Source: Patescibacteria group bacterium
GTDB lineage: Bacteria > Patescibacteriota > Microgenomatia > UBA8517
NCBI GenBank assembly: GCA_025999275.1
Contig: AP024680.1
Coordinates: 556,522 to 620,521 of the forward strand
Direction: 5' to 3'
Length of the DNA: 64,000 bases
The stretch's first letter is position 1, and each line of letters begins with the position of its first letter. The position numbers and the translations under genes are program-made. This document shows positions 62,793 to 64,000 of this stretch, one piece after another. The notes beneath the pieces were generated by a model. It worked only from the letters and a program-made list of their open reading frames with translations, made no database searches and was not told the DNA's origin.

Positions 62793-63745
62793 CGAGATTT
62801 GCCGTGATAACTGTCATAAACCTCCTTTAAGTGCTTGTGAGTCACATGTGTATAAATTTGGGTTGTTTGAATATTTTTGTGGCCCAACATCTCCTGAACA
62901 GACCTGATATCAGCTCCTGCCATCAAAAGATCGGTTGCAAAAGAATGACGCAATACGTGAGGAGTGGCATCAAATGGCAATTTAACCTTGTGAGAATATT
63001 TCTTAAGAATCCTTTGAACAGAACGGACACTTAAGCGCATCTTATCATCGCTTACTCCAACTGGAATATTTTTACTGTGCCTGATAAAAAGAGGCTTAAA
63101 GTTATCCTGTCTTGAATTTAAGTATTCTTCAAGCCACCCAGCGGCTCGACTAGAAAGAAAAACCACTCGAGCTCTTCCGCCTTTACCAACAACCCCAAAC
63201 TCACGCCTTTTTAAATCAACATTATCACGATTTAAAGAAACAAGCTCCGAAACCCTCAAACCCGTTGAAAAAAGAACTTCTAAAATAGCCTTATCACGCT
63301 TGCCAACAATAGTTGAAAGCGAAGGTGCATTAAGGAGTCTATCCACTTCTTTGCCACTTAAAAATTTTACCTGCCGATCGCCAATCTTTGGCAACTCTAT
63401 TTTGTCAGGAGCCATGACTTCTATATCATTCTTCAAACACCATTTCAAAAAGCTTCTTAAAGCAATTGAATGATAACCTTGAGTTTTTCTGGAAAGATTA
63501 CGGCCAAACTTATCTTGTAGGCGAGAAAGATAAAGCCGGTAGTTATGGATTAATTGAGGATTAATACTTTTAAGCACAGGCTTGATGTTTTGTTTCTCAA
63601 TCCAATTTAAAAATCTAATTAAATAATGCCTATAGTTTCTTATCGTTAGGGTAGAGGAGCCTTTTTCAATCTCCAAATATTCCAAGAAGTCTTCAATCCG
63701 AGCCTTAAGTTCGCTATTTTTAATTTCAGCTATATTGGCAGGCAT
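62789..63745 (-). CDS. XerC/D-family tyrosine recombinase
   Basis: [30 protein letters not shown]. Confidence 0.92.
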   Translation of the reverse strand: MPANIAEIKNSELKARIEDFLEYLEIEKGSSTLTIRNYRHYLIRFLNWIEKQNIKPVLKSINPQLIHNYRLYLSRLQDKFGRNLSRKTQGYHSIALRSFLKWCLKNDIEVMAPDKIELPKIGDRQVKFLSGKEVDRLLNAPSLSTIVGKRDKAILEVLFSTGLRVSELVSLNRDNVDLKRREFGVVGKGGRARVVFLSSRAAGWLEEYLNSRQDNFKPLFIRHSKNIPVGVSDDKMRLSVRSVQRILKKYSHKVKLPFDATPHVLRHSFATDLLMAGADIRSVQEMLGHKNIQTTQIYTHVTHKHLKEVYDSYHGKSR

Positions 63746-63819
63746 TTATAAAAGTAACTAAATTAAGTTTAGACGCTGACTTTTAATTTGTCAATAACAT
63801 TGTGCGACGTGGGTAGGAA

Positions 63820-64000
63820 GAAACAACGAACAACAATCAACAACCAACAATCAAAAGCCAAATAATTGAAAAATTGTATATTGCCGATTGATATTAATAT
63901 TCTAGACCGCAAATAATAAATTCCAAATCAAAAACTTCAAATTACAAGAATTAAAAATTCCTTATAAATAAATTTTTAATTTATATAAATTTAAAAAAAT
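63820..64000. repeat. 7-mer repeat tract R6 (runs to the window end)
   Basis: AACAACG-AACAACA-ATCAACA-ACCAACA; AATTCCA/AATCAAA/ACTTCAA units. Confidence 0.55.

Noticed and set aside
62789-63745. Tyrosine recombinase as a prophage or integron integrase
   Set aside because: XerC/D-like size and motifs; no phage genes, attC cassettes or integron-specific insertion seen.

Overview
AT-rich bacterial chromosome segment read with the standard code. Gene content and style suggest a Patescibacteria/CPR genome, probably Microgenomates (inference: reduced ThrS/PheT/trigger factor, DUF5660-like gene, secretin-less type IV pilus locus, DRG-type GTPase). It holds 15 tRNA genes and housekeeping genes (uvrC, secG, pyrG, tig, thrS-infC-rpmI-rplT-pheST, PBP1A, tyrS, recG, rpmF-nusB-ACP-like-rnc-rpsP-khpA, holB, gyrB, hppA, gyrA, xer). 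A ~15 kb minus-strand type IV pilus cluster carries 11 pilin-like genes and a TMTC-like glycosyltransferase. Most notable observations: (1) a complete, unannotated Phe leader-peptide attenuator between rplT and pheS, with 1:2, 2:3 and 3:4 helices and an SD-like motif inside the terminator; (2) a dispersed family of modular, nested 7-mer repeat elements in six intergenic regions; (3) a promoter-driven three-hairpin RNA upstream of a cell-wall hydrolase; (4) a probable pilin O-glycosylation enzyme of the TMTC type; (5) an ACP-like protein lacking the phosphopantetheine serine; (6) a REP-like palindrome found both intergenically and inside pilD. No rRNA, CRISPR array or transposase was seen. All calls are by eye, without database searches.
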